Shown: positions 54,035 to 62,968 of the stretch, piece by piece | Layout of the letters: each line of letters opens with the position of its first letter | Position numbering within the stretch: the first letter of the stretch is position 1 | Source of the DNA: an uncultured bacterium | Lineage (GTDB): Bacteria > Myxococcota_A > UBA9042 > PHBI01 | Length of the DNA: 64,000 nucleotides | Assembly: GCA_938040325.1 (NCBI GenBank) | Contig: CALHXW010000060.1 | Location: 9,080 to 73,079, forward strand | Direction: 5' to 3' | Position numbers and translations under genes: made by a program | Notes under the pieces: generated by a model | Databases searched by the model: none | What the model saw: the letters and a program-made list of their open reading frames with translations, nothing else | What the model was told of the DNA's origin: nothing

Positions 54035-54171
54035 GCTGTTCTCCCGGGTGTTGCTCTCTCCGAACAGGTTACCAATATCTGGTAACCCTCACAATAGACG
54101 ATAACCTACAGGGACTTCGAGGCCCCGCGCCGGGCCGGCGCTAGCGCAGCACCTACGCTGGCGCTGCGCAG

Positions 54172-54401
54172 AGTGGCTAAGCACTTGTGAACGCTGGGAA
54201 ATTAGGCAGGTGTCTTGGATTAGGCTGCGGGCGCTGCGTGTAGTGGCTAAGCGTTTGTGAATGCTGGGAAATTAGGTGGGTGTCTTGGATTGGGCTCAGG
54301 AAATTTGGTGGGTGTCTTGGATTGGGCTCCGGCGCGGAGTGGCTAAGCGTTTGTGAATGCTGGGAAATTAGGTGGGTGTCTTGGATTGGGCTTCTTCACA
54401 A
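54172..54401. repeat. three tandem-ish copies (plus one half copy) of a roughly 55-70-bp repeat: …GCGCTGCG..AGTGGCTAAGCGTTTGTGAATGCTGGGAAATTAGGTGGGTGTCTTGGATTGGGCT
   Basis: Copies are at about 54172-54226, 54242-54296, a partial copy at 54298-54328, and 54347-54401, with 2-3 mismatches among them. GC content is low locally. A fourth copy in inverted orientation lies at the window end (see 63945-63975). Confidence 0.75.
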
Positions 54402-54895
54402 GAACTACCTTTTCGACCTGGGCTATCTAGTTCGAGAGCTTGCGCTTCAGGAGCGCGACGGGGCGTCCGACCTCAAGCGATAGCTTTCCTGGGCGGACAG
54501 CTGGTGGCGTATCACGCCGTGTTTCGCTTATGCAGATTCAAGCCGACGCGTTCGGCATCCCGCTGTGTGACTTACGACTTGATGGGCTCGATCCTGTGGT
54601 TGAGCGGGTGTGAGAAAGGACACAGTGACAACCCCTGAAGACGTTGAGCTAAGCTCGCCCGATATTGATGAGCTGGCTCCCCCGACCCGAGGCGTTGTTC
54701 CGGCAAGAGTTAGGCCTTCTCCACCGCTGAAGACGAATCTTGTTCGAAGCCGAAACTCATGGTTCCTATCGGACCATGAGCGAGCGAGTAGCCCCGAGAT
54801 CGATACCATCGCGAGAGTAGCCCGCCCTTGGCTTGCGCGCTGTCACGACCGGCTTTGACTGGCTCCGCCCTTCCCTCCCTTCAGATGAGCCCGCT

Positions 54896-56527
54896 ATGAC
54901 CCACCCCACCGAACCGAAGTCGCGCGGCTTCCTCAACTGGATCGAGCGGGTCGGAAACCGCCTGCCCGACCCGGTCTTCCTCTTTCTCTACCTCATCTTG
55001 GGGTTGGTTGGCGTCTCCGTGCTCTGCGCCGCTCTTGGCGTGTCCGCAGAACACCCGACGAAGCTCGCCGCCGACGGCACGCCGCTTGTGCTTGACGCTC
55101 AGAGCCTGCTCTCAGCCGAGAACATCCGCAGGCTCTGGACGGAGATGCCGCAGACGTTCACCCACTTCCACCCGCTCGGCTACGTCTTGGTCGTGATGCT
55201 CGGCGCCGGTGTCGCCGAACGCAGCGGGCTCTTCGCCACCGCCATGCGGGCCGCTGTCCGCAAGGCCCCTGTCGCGCTGCTGACACCGGCCGTGGCGCTC
55301 GTCGCCATGCTCTCCAACCACGCCGCCGACGCCGCCTACGTGGTGTTGATTCCCCTCGCGGGCGTGCTCTACCACAGCGCCGGTCGCCACCCGCTGGCCG
55401 GCATCGCCGCCGCCTTTGCCGGCGTGTCCGGAGGCTTCTCGGCCAACTTTGCCCCCGGCCAGCTCGACGCACTGCTCTTCGGAATCACCGAGGCCGCCGC
55501 CGAGACGGTCAACCCCGCCTACGACGCCAACATCGCAGGCAACTGGTACTTCATCGCCGCGCTGTCCGTCATCTTCTTGCCCATCATCTGGTACGTCACC
55601 GACCGCATCATCGAGCCACGCTTGGGGCCCTGGAGCAGCGACGACGCGCCAGCTCTCGGGGCCACCGATGGCGACCGCCGCGACGCGCAGCCCGGCGATA
55701 GCGAGATGGGGGACCTGACGGCGGCGCAACGAAAGGGACTGGTTGCTGCCGGGATCGCGGCTCTTGTCGTCGCAGGCCTCTGGGTCCTGATGACCATCGG
55801 CCCCGGCACGCCACTCATCGACGAGTCTCTCTGCACCGACGAAAACCTGGCCGCCGGCAAGTGCTCGGCTCAGGCTCGACTCACGCCCTTTTACCGATCG
55901 CTGGTCGCCGCGTTCCTGATTCTCTTCGCCGCCTGCGGTTGGGCCTACGGAAAGGCTTCAGGCTCGATCAAGAACCACCGCGACCTCGTCGAGATGATGA
56001 CCGGCGGCATGAAAGAGATGGGCTACTACCTCGTCCTAGCGTTCGTGGCCGCCCACTTCGTCGCGATGTTCAACTGGTCGAACCTCGGCCTCATCAGCGC
56101 CGTACACGGCGCCGACGCCATCCAGCAGTCCGGCCTCCCGCTGCCGCTTCTCATCGGCCTGATCGTTGTGTTCTCGGCGACCATCAACATCTTCGTCGGC
56201 TCAGCCAGTGCCAAGTGGGCGCTGCTGGCCCCCGTGATGGTGCCGATGCTCATGCTCCTGGGCATCAGCCCCGAGGGCGCGACCGCCGCGTACCGCGTAG
56301 GCGACAGCGCCACCAACATCATCACGCCACTGATGGTCTACTTCCCGCTCATCCTCATCTTCTGCCAGCGCTGGAAGCCAGACTTCGGTCTCGGCAGCCT
56401 GACCGCGATGATGGTGCCCTACTCCATCTTCCTCATGGTCGGCGGGCTCACCCTGACCATCTTGTGGGTCTACATGGGGCTTGAGCTAGGCCCAGGCGCG
56501 CCCATCAGCTACACGCCGAGCCCGTAG
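54896..56527 (+). CDS. AbgT-family transporter (p-aminobenzoyl-glutamate/MtrF-type)
   Basis: Start is the ATG at 54896 (MTHPTEPKSRGFLNWIERVGNRLPDPVFLF, the characteristic AbgT N-terminus). There are 12 or more hydrophobic segments. Confidence 0.8.
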   Translation: MTHPTEPKSRGFLNWIERVGNRLPDPVFLFLYLILGLVGVSVLCAALGVSAEHPTKLAADGTPLVLDAQSLLSAENIRRLWTEMPQTFTHFHPLGYVLVVMLGAGVAERSGLFATAMRAAVRKAPVALLTPAVALVAMLSNHAADAAYVVLIPLAGVLYHSAGRHPLAGIAAAFAGVSGGFSANFAPGQLDALLFGITEAAAETVNPAYDANIAGNWYFIAALSVIFLPIIWYVTDRIIEPRLGPWSSDDAPALGATDGDRRDAQPGDSEMGDLTAAQRKGLVAAGIAALVVAGLWVLMTIGPGTPLIDESLCTDENLAAGKCSAQARLTPFYRSLVAAFLILFAACGWAYGKASGSIKNHRDLVEMMTGGMKEMGYYLVLAFVAAHFVAMFNWSNLGLISAVHGADAIQQSGLPLPLLIGLIVVFSATINIFVGSASAKWALLAPVMVPMLMLLGISPEGATAAYRVGDSATNIITPLMVYFPLILIFCQRWKPDFGLGSLTAMMVPYSIFLMVGGLTLTILWVYMGLELGPGAPISYTPSP

Positions 56528-56645
56528 CCAGCGCTGTGTGGCCCGTCTGCGAGCGAGTAAGCGGGCAGCCTCGCGTCGTTCGTTCTAGTGGATGCACGCC
56601 GTGAGGTGCTTGACCGTCCAAAGTCCGAGCCGATAGCGTCGCGCG

Positions 56646-57308
56646 GTGTCTACAGACTCAACACTACCGTGGGAGGACGTCGGTCCCAAGCATGCGCGCA
56701 AGCACAAGCGCGCCGGCATGGTTGTCGACCTCCATCGATGCGTCGGGTGTCACTCGTGTTCGCTGGCGTGCAAGACCGAACACAGCGTGCCGCTCGGTAA
56801 CTTTAGGACCCGGGTGCACTACCTTCAGGCGCCCCAAGAGCAACAGATGCAGTTCGTGCCTCTGCTGTGCATGCACTGTCGCGACGCGCCGTGCATCGAT
56901 GTCTGCCCGACATCCGCGCTCGGTAAGCTCGAGGACGGCAGCGTCGTCATCAACGACGAGCGCTGCAACGGCACCAAGTCGTGCATCCCGGCCTGCCCGT
57001 ACGGCGCCATCACCATCCGGCGCGACACCGGACGCGCCGACAAGTGCGACTTTTGCCAGCACCGAACGCGCGTTGGCTTAGAGCCTGCCTGTGTCGAGGC
57101 CTGCCCGACCGAAGCGCTTCGCTTCGGTGACCTCGACGACGCGTCCGATCCGGTCTTCGCCTACGCGGCCGCCAAAGGGGCCACAGCGTACAAGGCCGAC
57201 GCCAACACCCGCCCCAGCGTGCTCTACGTCGGACACGACCGGCAGATGGAGCAGCGGGCTGCGAGCGTGCAGCGAACGGCTGACGAAGACGGAATCATCT
57301 ACGAATGA
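56646..57308 (+). CDS. 4Fe-4S ferredoxin-type electron-transfer subunit of a molybdopterin oxidoreductase (PsrB/TtrB/DmsB-like)
   Basis: Four Cys clusters are present (CVGCHSCSLAC; CMHCRDAPCIDVC; CNGTKSCIPAC; CDFCQHR…CVEAC). The start is GTG at 56646 or the ATG at 56718 (MVVDLHRCVGC). Confidence 0.8.
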   Translation: MSTDSTLPWEDVGPKHARKHKRAGMVVDLHRCVGCHSCSLACKTEHSVPLGNFRTRVHYLQAPQEQQMQFVPLLCMHCRDAPCIDVCPTSALGKLEDGSVVINDERCNGTKSCIPACPYGAITIRRDTGRADKCDFCQHRTRVGLEPACVEACPTEALRFGDLDDASDPVFAYAAAKGATAYKADANTRPSVLYVGHDRQMEQRAASVQRTADEDGIIYE

Positions 57309-58060
57309 GTCCATTCGGTTGGTGGATCGCGGTCTATTTTGGACTCGCGACGGTCGCTGCCGGCTCGGCCGGTGCTGCTTGCGTGCTGGCCGCCTCGCGA
57401 CGTCCGGACCACGCGCGGGCGAAGGTCGCGCTGGTCCTGGCGATCGTCGCTATCGGCTGCGGTGCCCTCGCGCTCATCGCCGATCTCGAGCGGCCTGAAG
57501 ACTTCTGGCTCGTGTTCAGCCACTACAACCCATCGTCGTGGATCGCACGCGGGAGCCGCATCGTTGCGGCGTTCGGACTGCTCGCGGGCGCGCTCTGGCT
57601 CACGCTGTGGGCAGGCGCCCAGAGGCGCTGGCTACTCGGCGTCGGGGTCGGTCTCGCGCTGCTGGCGGTGCTGCTGGCTGTCTACCCTGCGTTTGTCCTC
57701 GCCCAAGAGGTCGGGCGGCCGCTGTGGCAGAGCGCCTTGCTGCCGCCGCTCTTTGTCGCCGGAGCCGTGCACGTAGCGACCGTCGTCGCTGGCGTTCGCG
57801 GCCGCGCCGAGCTCGCTGCAGCAGCGATCGAGCTCGCGCTGTTCGTCGCCTACGCGCTCCAGATTGGACTCGGAAACCTCGTGCCGACGACCACCGCGCT
57901 GGTGCTCCTTGTGGTGGCGTTTGTCGGCCTCTGGCTGGTTCCGACCGTGGTTTCCCTGGGCCGGTCCAAGAGCGGCTGGTTGCCGATCGTCTCGGTCGTG
58001 ATCGGCGCCATGGCAGCCCGCGCCACCATCTTGTACGCAGGCCAGGTAGCATCGCTATGA
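57305..58060 (+). CDS. NrfD/PsrC-type integral membrane anchor subunit (short, about 8 TM)
   Basis: The protein is entirely hydrophobic (251 aa). It is translationally coupled (ATGA overlaps) to both neighbours in an FeS/anchor/catalytic operon. Confidence 0.65.
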   Translation: MSPFGWWIAVYFGLATVAAGSAGAACVLAASRRPDHARAKVALVLAIVAIGCGALALIADLERPEDFWLVFSHYNPSSWIARGSRIVAAFGLLAGALWLTLWAGAQRRWLLGVGVGLALLAVLLAVYPAFVLAQEVGRPLWQSALLPPLFVAGAVHVATVVAGVRGRAELAAAAIELALFVAYALQIGLGNLVPTTTALVLLVVAFVGLWLVPTVVSLGRSKSGWLPIVSVVIGAMAARATILYAGQVASL

Positions 58061-60720
58061 AACGACGAGACCTCTTCAAGCTCGCGGGCGCGGCGGCCGC
58101 AACCATCTCGGCCGGCGTGCTGGTCGCGCCTCTGTTCCGCTCCACCAAGCGCGGTCCGGCCGCGGACTTCGACCCCGGACCCCAGACCTGGCCCATCGAC
58201 TACGAGAAGGCGCGCGCGACGCCGACCGTCTGCTTCGGCTGCACCACCCACTGCGGCGTGATCGGCTGGGTCCAGGATGGCCGCGTCCGCCGCATCGCTG
58301 GCAATCCCCTCGACCCCAACGCCGAGGGACGCTTCTGCTCCAAGGCGCAGGGCATGATCTCCTACACCTACTACCCAGAGCGGCTCCTGTACCCGCTCAA
58401 GCGCGTCGGCAAGCGTGGCGAGCACAAGTGGAAGCGGATCTCCTGGGACGACGCGCTCGACGAGATCGGCGCCAAGCTCAAGGCCCTGCGAGACGCGGGC
58501 ACCCCCGAGCAGTTCGTCTTTCACTATGGCCGCGACAAGACCAAGGGCTTCACCAAGCGCTTCACCAACGCCTTTGGCACCCCTCACCGCCTCAACCGCC
58601 GCTCCATCTGCAGCTCCAACCGACGTGTGCCGCTGATGAGCGCCTACGGCCGCGAGTTCGAGTGGGGCACCCAGGACTTCGAGAACACCAAGCTCATCCT
58701 GAACTGGGGCTGCAACCCCATGGAGGCGTTTCAGGGCGGCCACTACATGATGCCGCGCATTCAGAAGGCGCGCGTGGACGGCGGGGCGCGCCTGGTCACG
58801 TTCGAGGTCCGGCCCTCGGCCACAGCCTCGGTGTCCGACGAGTACTTCCCCATCAAGCCTGGCACCGACGGCTGCGTGGCCTTCGCCATGGCGCAGGTGA
58901 TCACTCAGGAGAAGCTCTACAACGAGAGCTTCTGGAACCGCTGGGCGAACGCTGACCTCGCCGAGATGACCGCGCACCTCGCCCAGTACACGCCGGAGTG
59001 GGCCGAGCAGCAGAGCGGCGTGCCGGCCGCAGACATCGTCCGGCTCGCCCGCGACTTCGCGGCGGCGGCGCCCGCGTGCACGACGCTCTCGGGTCGAGGC
59101 TCCGCCAAGCACTACAACGGCGAGCAGAGCGACCGCGCCATCCGGATGCTCGACGTCCTGGTCGGCAACGTCGGCAAGCCTGGCGGCTACTGCCTGTCGA
59201 GCCTGCGCGGCTGGGCGGGACGCTACGGACAGGAGGGACTGCCGAAGCTGTCGATGCCGGCGCCAAAGCCGAAGGGGCCCAAGCCATGGAAGCCCGGAAC
59301 GCGTGAGTTCGCGCTGCTGCCCAAGGACGTGCAGGAGCGAGTCGCGGCGTTCCCAGACGACTGGCAGAACCGCTACTTCGGCGAGCTCGCGACGCCCAGC
59401 GAGTACCCGCTCAGCTGGCACTGGTACCAGATGCGGGTTGGCCAGCTGGTGTACCCCTACATCAAGGAGGGCCGGCAGAAGGTCGGCGTCTACATGTCGT
59501 ACACCCTCGGCGCGGCCTACGGGTATCCCGAGGCGAATGTTGCGCGCGAGGTGCTGCTCGACGAGGAGCTGATCCCGTTTCACGTCGCCTTCGACATTGG
59601 CTATGGCGAGCAGACCGCGCTCGCCGACATCATCCTCCCTGACGCGACCAGCCTCGAGCGCTGGGACGCTCACGGCACCAACAGCTACGGGCTGGTTCCC
59701 TATGTCGGGCTGCGTCAGCCGCTGGTGAAGCCGCTTGGCGAAGCCCGTGAGATCCAGCTGGTGCTGCGCGACCTGGCGCGCCGAATCGGCGATGACATGG
59801 CGGCCCACTTCGACTTCGAGGAGGTCGAGGACTTCTACCGCGAGTGGCACAAGAACCTCCCGATCTCATGGGACGAGTTCAAGCGCCGCGGCATCTGGTA
59901 CGACACCGACCGCGCGAAAGACTACGAGCTCTACGAGCGCCCCGTCCCAAAGACTGAGCTCGCCGACGCCACGACCGACGAGACGACTGGCATCGTCTAC
60001 ACGGAAAAGCGCGGCAAGAAGGTGGCGATCGGGATCATGCAGGACGGCAAAGCCGTTCGCGGATTTCCCACGCCGTCGCGCAAGATTCAGATCCACGACG
60101 ACATCTTCCAGGTGGCCGCTAAGGCCGTCGGAATCGACCCCGCCGAGCCGCTGGCCAGCTCGATCCCGGTCTGGTTCCCGGTGCCGGCCCACGCTGAGAT
60201 GGCTGACGACCAGCTCTTCTACACGACCTTCAAGTGGAATGTGCACACCCAGGGGCGCAGCGGTCACCTCAAGTTTCAAGCCGAGATCGTGCACGACAAC
60301 CCCATCTGGATTCACCCAGACACAGCTGCCAAACAAGGCCTCAGCGACGGCGACCGCGTCGAGCTGACGGTCTACCGCCCCAAAGGCCACACCTACCGCG
60401 CGGGCGAAGCCGAGCCCGTTGGTAGCTTTGTCCAGCGCATCAAGTTCATCCACGGCATGCAGCGGGGCGTCGTCTGTACCGCGCACCATGTCGGCCACTG
60501 GGAGCACGGCAAGGTCGGCGCCGACACGCCCTCGCGCGTTGACGCCGGCGTCGACCCGGCGCTGGCCGATCCGGACATCGACAACAACGTCTGGTGGGCC
60601 AAGTCACGCGGCGGCGTCGGCTCGGGCGTGCACACCAACGATGCGATGCCGATCGATCCCGCGCCGCTCATCGGCGGGCAAAACTGGTACGACAACCTAT
60701 GTCGAATCCGCAAAGTCTGA
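58057..60720 (+). CDS. Tat-exported molybdopterin oxidoreductase catalytic subunit (DMSO-reductase family; Psr/Phs/Ttr-like)
   Basis: Start is the ATG at 58057 (MKRRDLFKLAGAAAATISAGVLVAP, a twin-arginine signal). The N-terminal 4Fe-4S motif C-FG-C-TTH-C…C (CX2CX3C…C) is followed by molybdopterin-binding folds. Confidence 0.85.
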   Translation: MKRRDLFKLAGAAAATISAGVLVAPLFRSTKRGPAADFDPGPQTWPIDYEKARATPTVCFGCTTHCGVIGWVQDGRVRRIAGNPLDPNAEGRFCSKAQGMISYTYYPERLLYPLKRVGKRGEHKWKRISWDDALDEIGAKLKALRDAGTPEQFVFHYGRDKTKGFTKRFTNAFGTPHRLNRRSICSSNRRVPLMSAYGREFEWGTQDFENTKLILNWGCNPMEAFQGGHYMMPRIQKARVDGGARLVTFEVRPSATASVSDEYFPIKPGTDGCVAFAMAQVITQEKLYNESFWNRWANADLAEMTAHLAQYTPEWAEQQSGVPAADIVRLARDFAAAAPACTTLSGRGSAKHYNGEQSDRAIRMLDVLVGNVGKPGGYCLSSLRGWAGRYGQEGLPKLSMPAPKPKGPKPWKPGTREFALLPKDVQERVAAFPDDWQNRYFGELATPSEYPLSWHWYQMRVGQLVYPYIKEGRQKVGVYMSYTLGAAYGYPEANVAREVLLDEELIPFHVAFDIGYGEQTALADIILPDATSLERWDAHGTNSYGLVPYVGLRQPLVKPLGEAREIQLVLRDLARRIGDDMAAHFDFEEVEDFYREWHKNLPISWDEFKRRGIWYDTDRAKDYELYERPVPKTELADATTDETTGIVYTEKRGKKVAIGIMQDGKAVRGFPTPSRKIQIHDDIFQVAAKAVGIDPAEPLASSIPVWFPVPAHAEMADDQLFYTTFKWNVHTQGRSGHLKFQAEIVHDNPIWIHPDTAAKQGLSDGDRVELTVYRPKGHTYRAGEAEPVGSFVQRIKFIHGMQRGVVCTAHHVGHWEHGKVGADTPSRVDAGVDPALADPDIDNNVWWAKSRGGVGSGVHTNDAMPIDPAPLIGGQNWYDNLCRIRKV

Positions 60721-61286
60721 ACCAGGTCCGCGCGGTCGCCCTCGAGGTGGCGGCGCGCCTCGTCGTCAGAGAGCTCGACCACGCCGTCGTCGAGTCGCTG
60801 CGCGCGCCCGCGCTGCGCGACGCGCTCTCGGCTTACGACAGCGATTGTGCGGCCTATCTAGACGCGCTCGATGCAGGCGGCGCCGACGCCCTCGAGCAGG
60901 CAGCCACCGAGTTCTGTAGCCTCTTTGTGCTCGGCAAGAACACGTCGCCGCACGCATCGGCTTGGCTCGGCTCCGATCCGGCCGAGACCGGCGCGGCCAT
61001 CACCCGGTCGGTCGCCGGGTGGATGGACCAGCTGGGCGTCGAAGTGGCACCTGGCGACTGGGGCAACATCCCTCGGGACCACTTGGCGGTGCTCTGTGGC
61101 CTGGTCGCCATCGCACTGCATGCGCCCCACCCCGCCGGCGAGAGGCTAGCACGCACCATCGCCGTCGAAGCCCTGGGATGGGTCCCTGCGTTTGCCGAAG
61201 CCGTCGAGCACGCGACGACCAATCCACTCTACCGCGCGGCCGCTCGCCTCGCGGAGCACGCGCTGGCCGACCTGGACGCGGCTTAG
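60699..61286 (+). CDS. TorD/DmsD-family redox-enzyme maturation chaperone
   Basis: The all-helical 195-aa protein has …EFCSLFVLG…PHASAWLG…DHLAVLCGLVAIAL… typical of TorD-like chaperones. It overlaps the end of the catalytic subunit gene by 22 nt. Confidence 0.65.
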   Translation: MSNPQSLNQVRAVALEVAARLVVRELDHAVVESLRAPALRDALSAYDSDCAAYLDALDAGGADALEQAATEFCSLFVLGKNTSPHASAWLGSDPAETGAAITRSVAGWMDQLGVEVAPGDWGNIPRDHLAVLCGLVAIALHAPHPAGERLARTIAVEALGWVPAFAEAVEHATTNPLYRAAARLAEHALADLDAA

Positions 61287-61357
61287 GGCTGGCCCGAAGT
61301 AGGCTTCGGGCGACCAACCCTTCGCCACCGCCACGCGATCCGAGCTTCAGCAGCTTC

Positions 61358-62143
61358 CTAAGGGGCGAGTGCGTCGACCTCGCGCTGGAGCGCGTCCAAC
61401 CGCCGCTCCAGGTTGCGCAGTGCGTTCCAGCGGGCGTCCGCTTCGCGGTCGAGCAGGTCGAGGTCTGCGGTGTAGTGCGTGACGGTGACGCGATAGCCAT
61501 CGGCGTCGCCCGCCACTCGAGCTTGGGCGTACGGGTACGCATCGACGTGGTGCATCGTGAAGCCGCAGAGCTGGCCGAGCTCGACGGCGTGCTTGGCCAG
61601 CGTTGGCTCAAGCCAATCCAGCCGACTGGCGTTGTCGTCGGCATAGCCCGCGAGTGACGCGCCCTCGTGAGTGGTCACAACCGTGCAGTTGGCGTTTGGG
61701 CTGGCGAAGAGCTCATCGATGACTGGGGCGTCGTGGCGAGCACGGAGGTAGGTCCGTGCTCCGTCGAACTCAGACAACGCCTCGGCGCCGGTCACAGTCC
61801 AACTCTGGGCGACCGAGCGGAGCTGGCCATCAAACATCGTCACGCAGAAACGCGGACTCGTCCCGTCCGGTTGGCAATAGATCGACGACAGCCCGGCCAA
61901 CCCGATCTTGAGCTCAAGGTCTGGATAGATGTCCTTGAGCTCGTCAAGGTCTGCGCGCCAGTCAACCGCTTCAAGAAGGTCGAAACTGCGCGTTGTGGTC
62001 TTTTGGTCTAACGACTCTTCGTTCGCGTCTGCCGTCTGCTCAGCGGTCATTGCCTCGACCATCTGCGGCCCCGGCTCAGACGGGTGGCACCCGGTGGTCA
62101 CTACGAGCGCTGCGATCAAGGCCATGGTGTGTCGTTTTCTCAT
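61358..62143 (-). CDS. hypothetical lipoprotein
   Basis: MRKRHTMALIAALVVTTGC-HP carries a lipobox. The ORF track extends the ORF to 62188. Confidence 0.5.
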   Translation of the reverse strand: MRKRHTMALIAALVVTTGCHPSEPGPQMVEAMTAEQTADANEESLDQKTTTRSFDLLEAVDWRADLDELKDIYPDLELKIGLAGLSSIYCQPDGTSPRFCVTMFDGQLRSVAQSWTVTGAEALSEFDGARTYLRARHDAPVIDELFASPNANCTVVTTHEGASLAGYADDNASRLDWLEPTLAKHAVELGQLCGFTMHHVDAYPYAQARVAGDADGYRVTVTHYTADLDLLDREADARWNALRNLERRLDALQREVDALAP

Positions 62144-62466
62144 CGTATGCTCCTGCATGTCAGGGTCCGTTCGAGAGATACGACGCATGAGAAGTGAGTT
62201 TGACGCCTTTCACAGATCTTACATCCGCGACAAATGGACCCCGGCAGACGAGAGCAACCCACGACAAAGCTGCCGCCCTCGCTCGCGAAACTCGCCCGCC
62301 GCCATGACGCCAGATGACACGTGCGCTCGTGACGAGCGATACAACGACGACCGAGACCGATGCCGATGCGCCACGGTCGACTGGCGTCAACCGCGGTCTT
62401 GGGATACTTGAGACAGACGGGCTCACGAGGCTCCGCATGTGCCGGTCAAGACAGACGGGAAGATCA

Positions 62467-62832
62467 ATGGTTTCGAAGAACACGCGCATCGCTCTCTCAG
62501 TCGGGATGCTGGCGATCCTCTCCACGACGGGTTGCGCGGCAAAAGAGGCGTGGCAGAAAATCGAATACACGGCGCTGAACCCGGCCCCAAGGCAAATGGT
62601 CGAACGGACCATCGCTGAGGTTCAGATGTTCGCAACGAAGCCACCTTCGTACCCCTACATCGAGGTAGGTCGGCTAACGTTGAAGCGTGGCTCTGAGTAC
62701 TGGTTGCGCAAAGCGGCTGCGGAACGTGGCTGCGAGGGTCTCATTACCTATGTTGCCGATGGCGCAATATGCATCATGTTCCAGCAAGAGCCGCTGCCGA
62801 CACCGGTTGCGCCCCCTATGACGCGCATCTAA
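62467..62832 (+). CDS. small hypothetical lipoprotein
   Basis: MVSKNTRIALSVGMLAILSTTGC-AA carries a lipobox. It is the downstream part of ORF 62314-62832. Confidence 0.5.
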   Translation: MVSKNTRIALSVGMLAILSTTGCAAKEAWQKIEYTALNPAPRQMVERTIAEVQMFATKPPSYPYIEVGRLTLKRGSEYWLRKAAAERGCEGLITYVADGAICIMFQQEPLPTPVAPPMTRI

Positions 62833-62968
62833 CCGGAACACTGCGAGACGGCGATTGACCTAAATTCAACTCAATCGGTACTGTGATGGCGAATGTCCTA
62901 AACCGCGAGGACGCAGCCGCGGCGTCAGTTCGCGCAAGCGAGCACAACCGTGTCATGAGGGCGAAAGA

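Noticed and set aside
54172-54401. Possible CRISPR array
   Set aside because: The repeats are about 55 bp, with very short and mutually related inter-repeat segments rather than unique 30-40 bp spacers. No cas genes are nearby, and the unit recurs inverted 9.5 kb away. It looks like a dispersed repeat family instead.
57850-59850. Minus-strand 666-aa ORF
   Set aside because: It is antisense to the well-supported molybdopterin oxidoreductase gene.
50732-61364. Shared 12-mer AGCTTCCTAAGG at the 3' ends of genes ending at 50738 and 61358
   Set aside because: A 12-nt match is expected many times by chance in 64 kb. Unlike the 17-mer pair, there is no supporting context.
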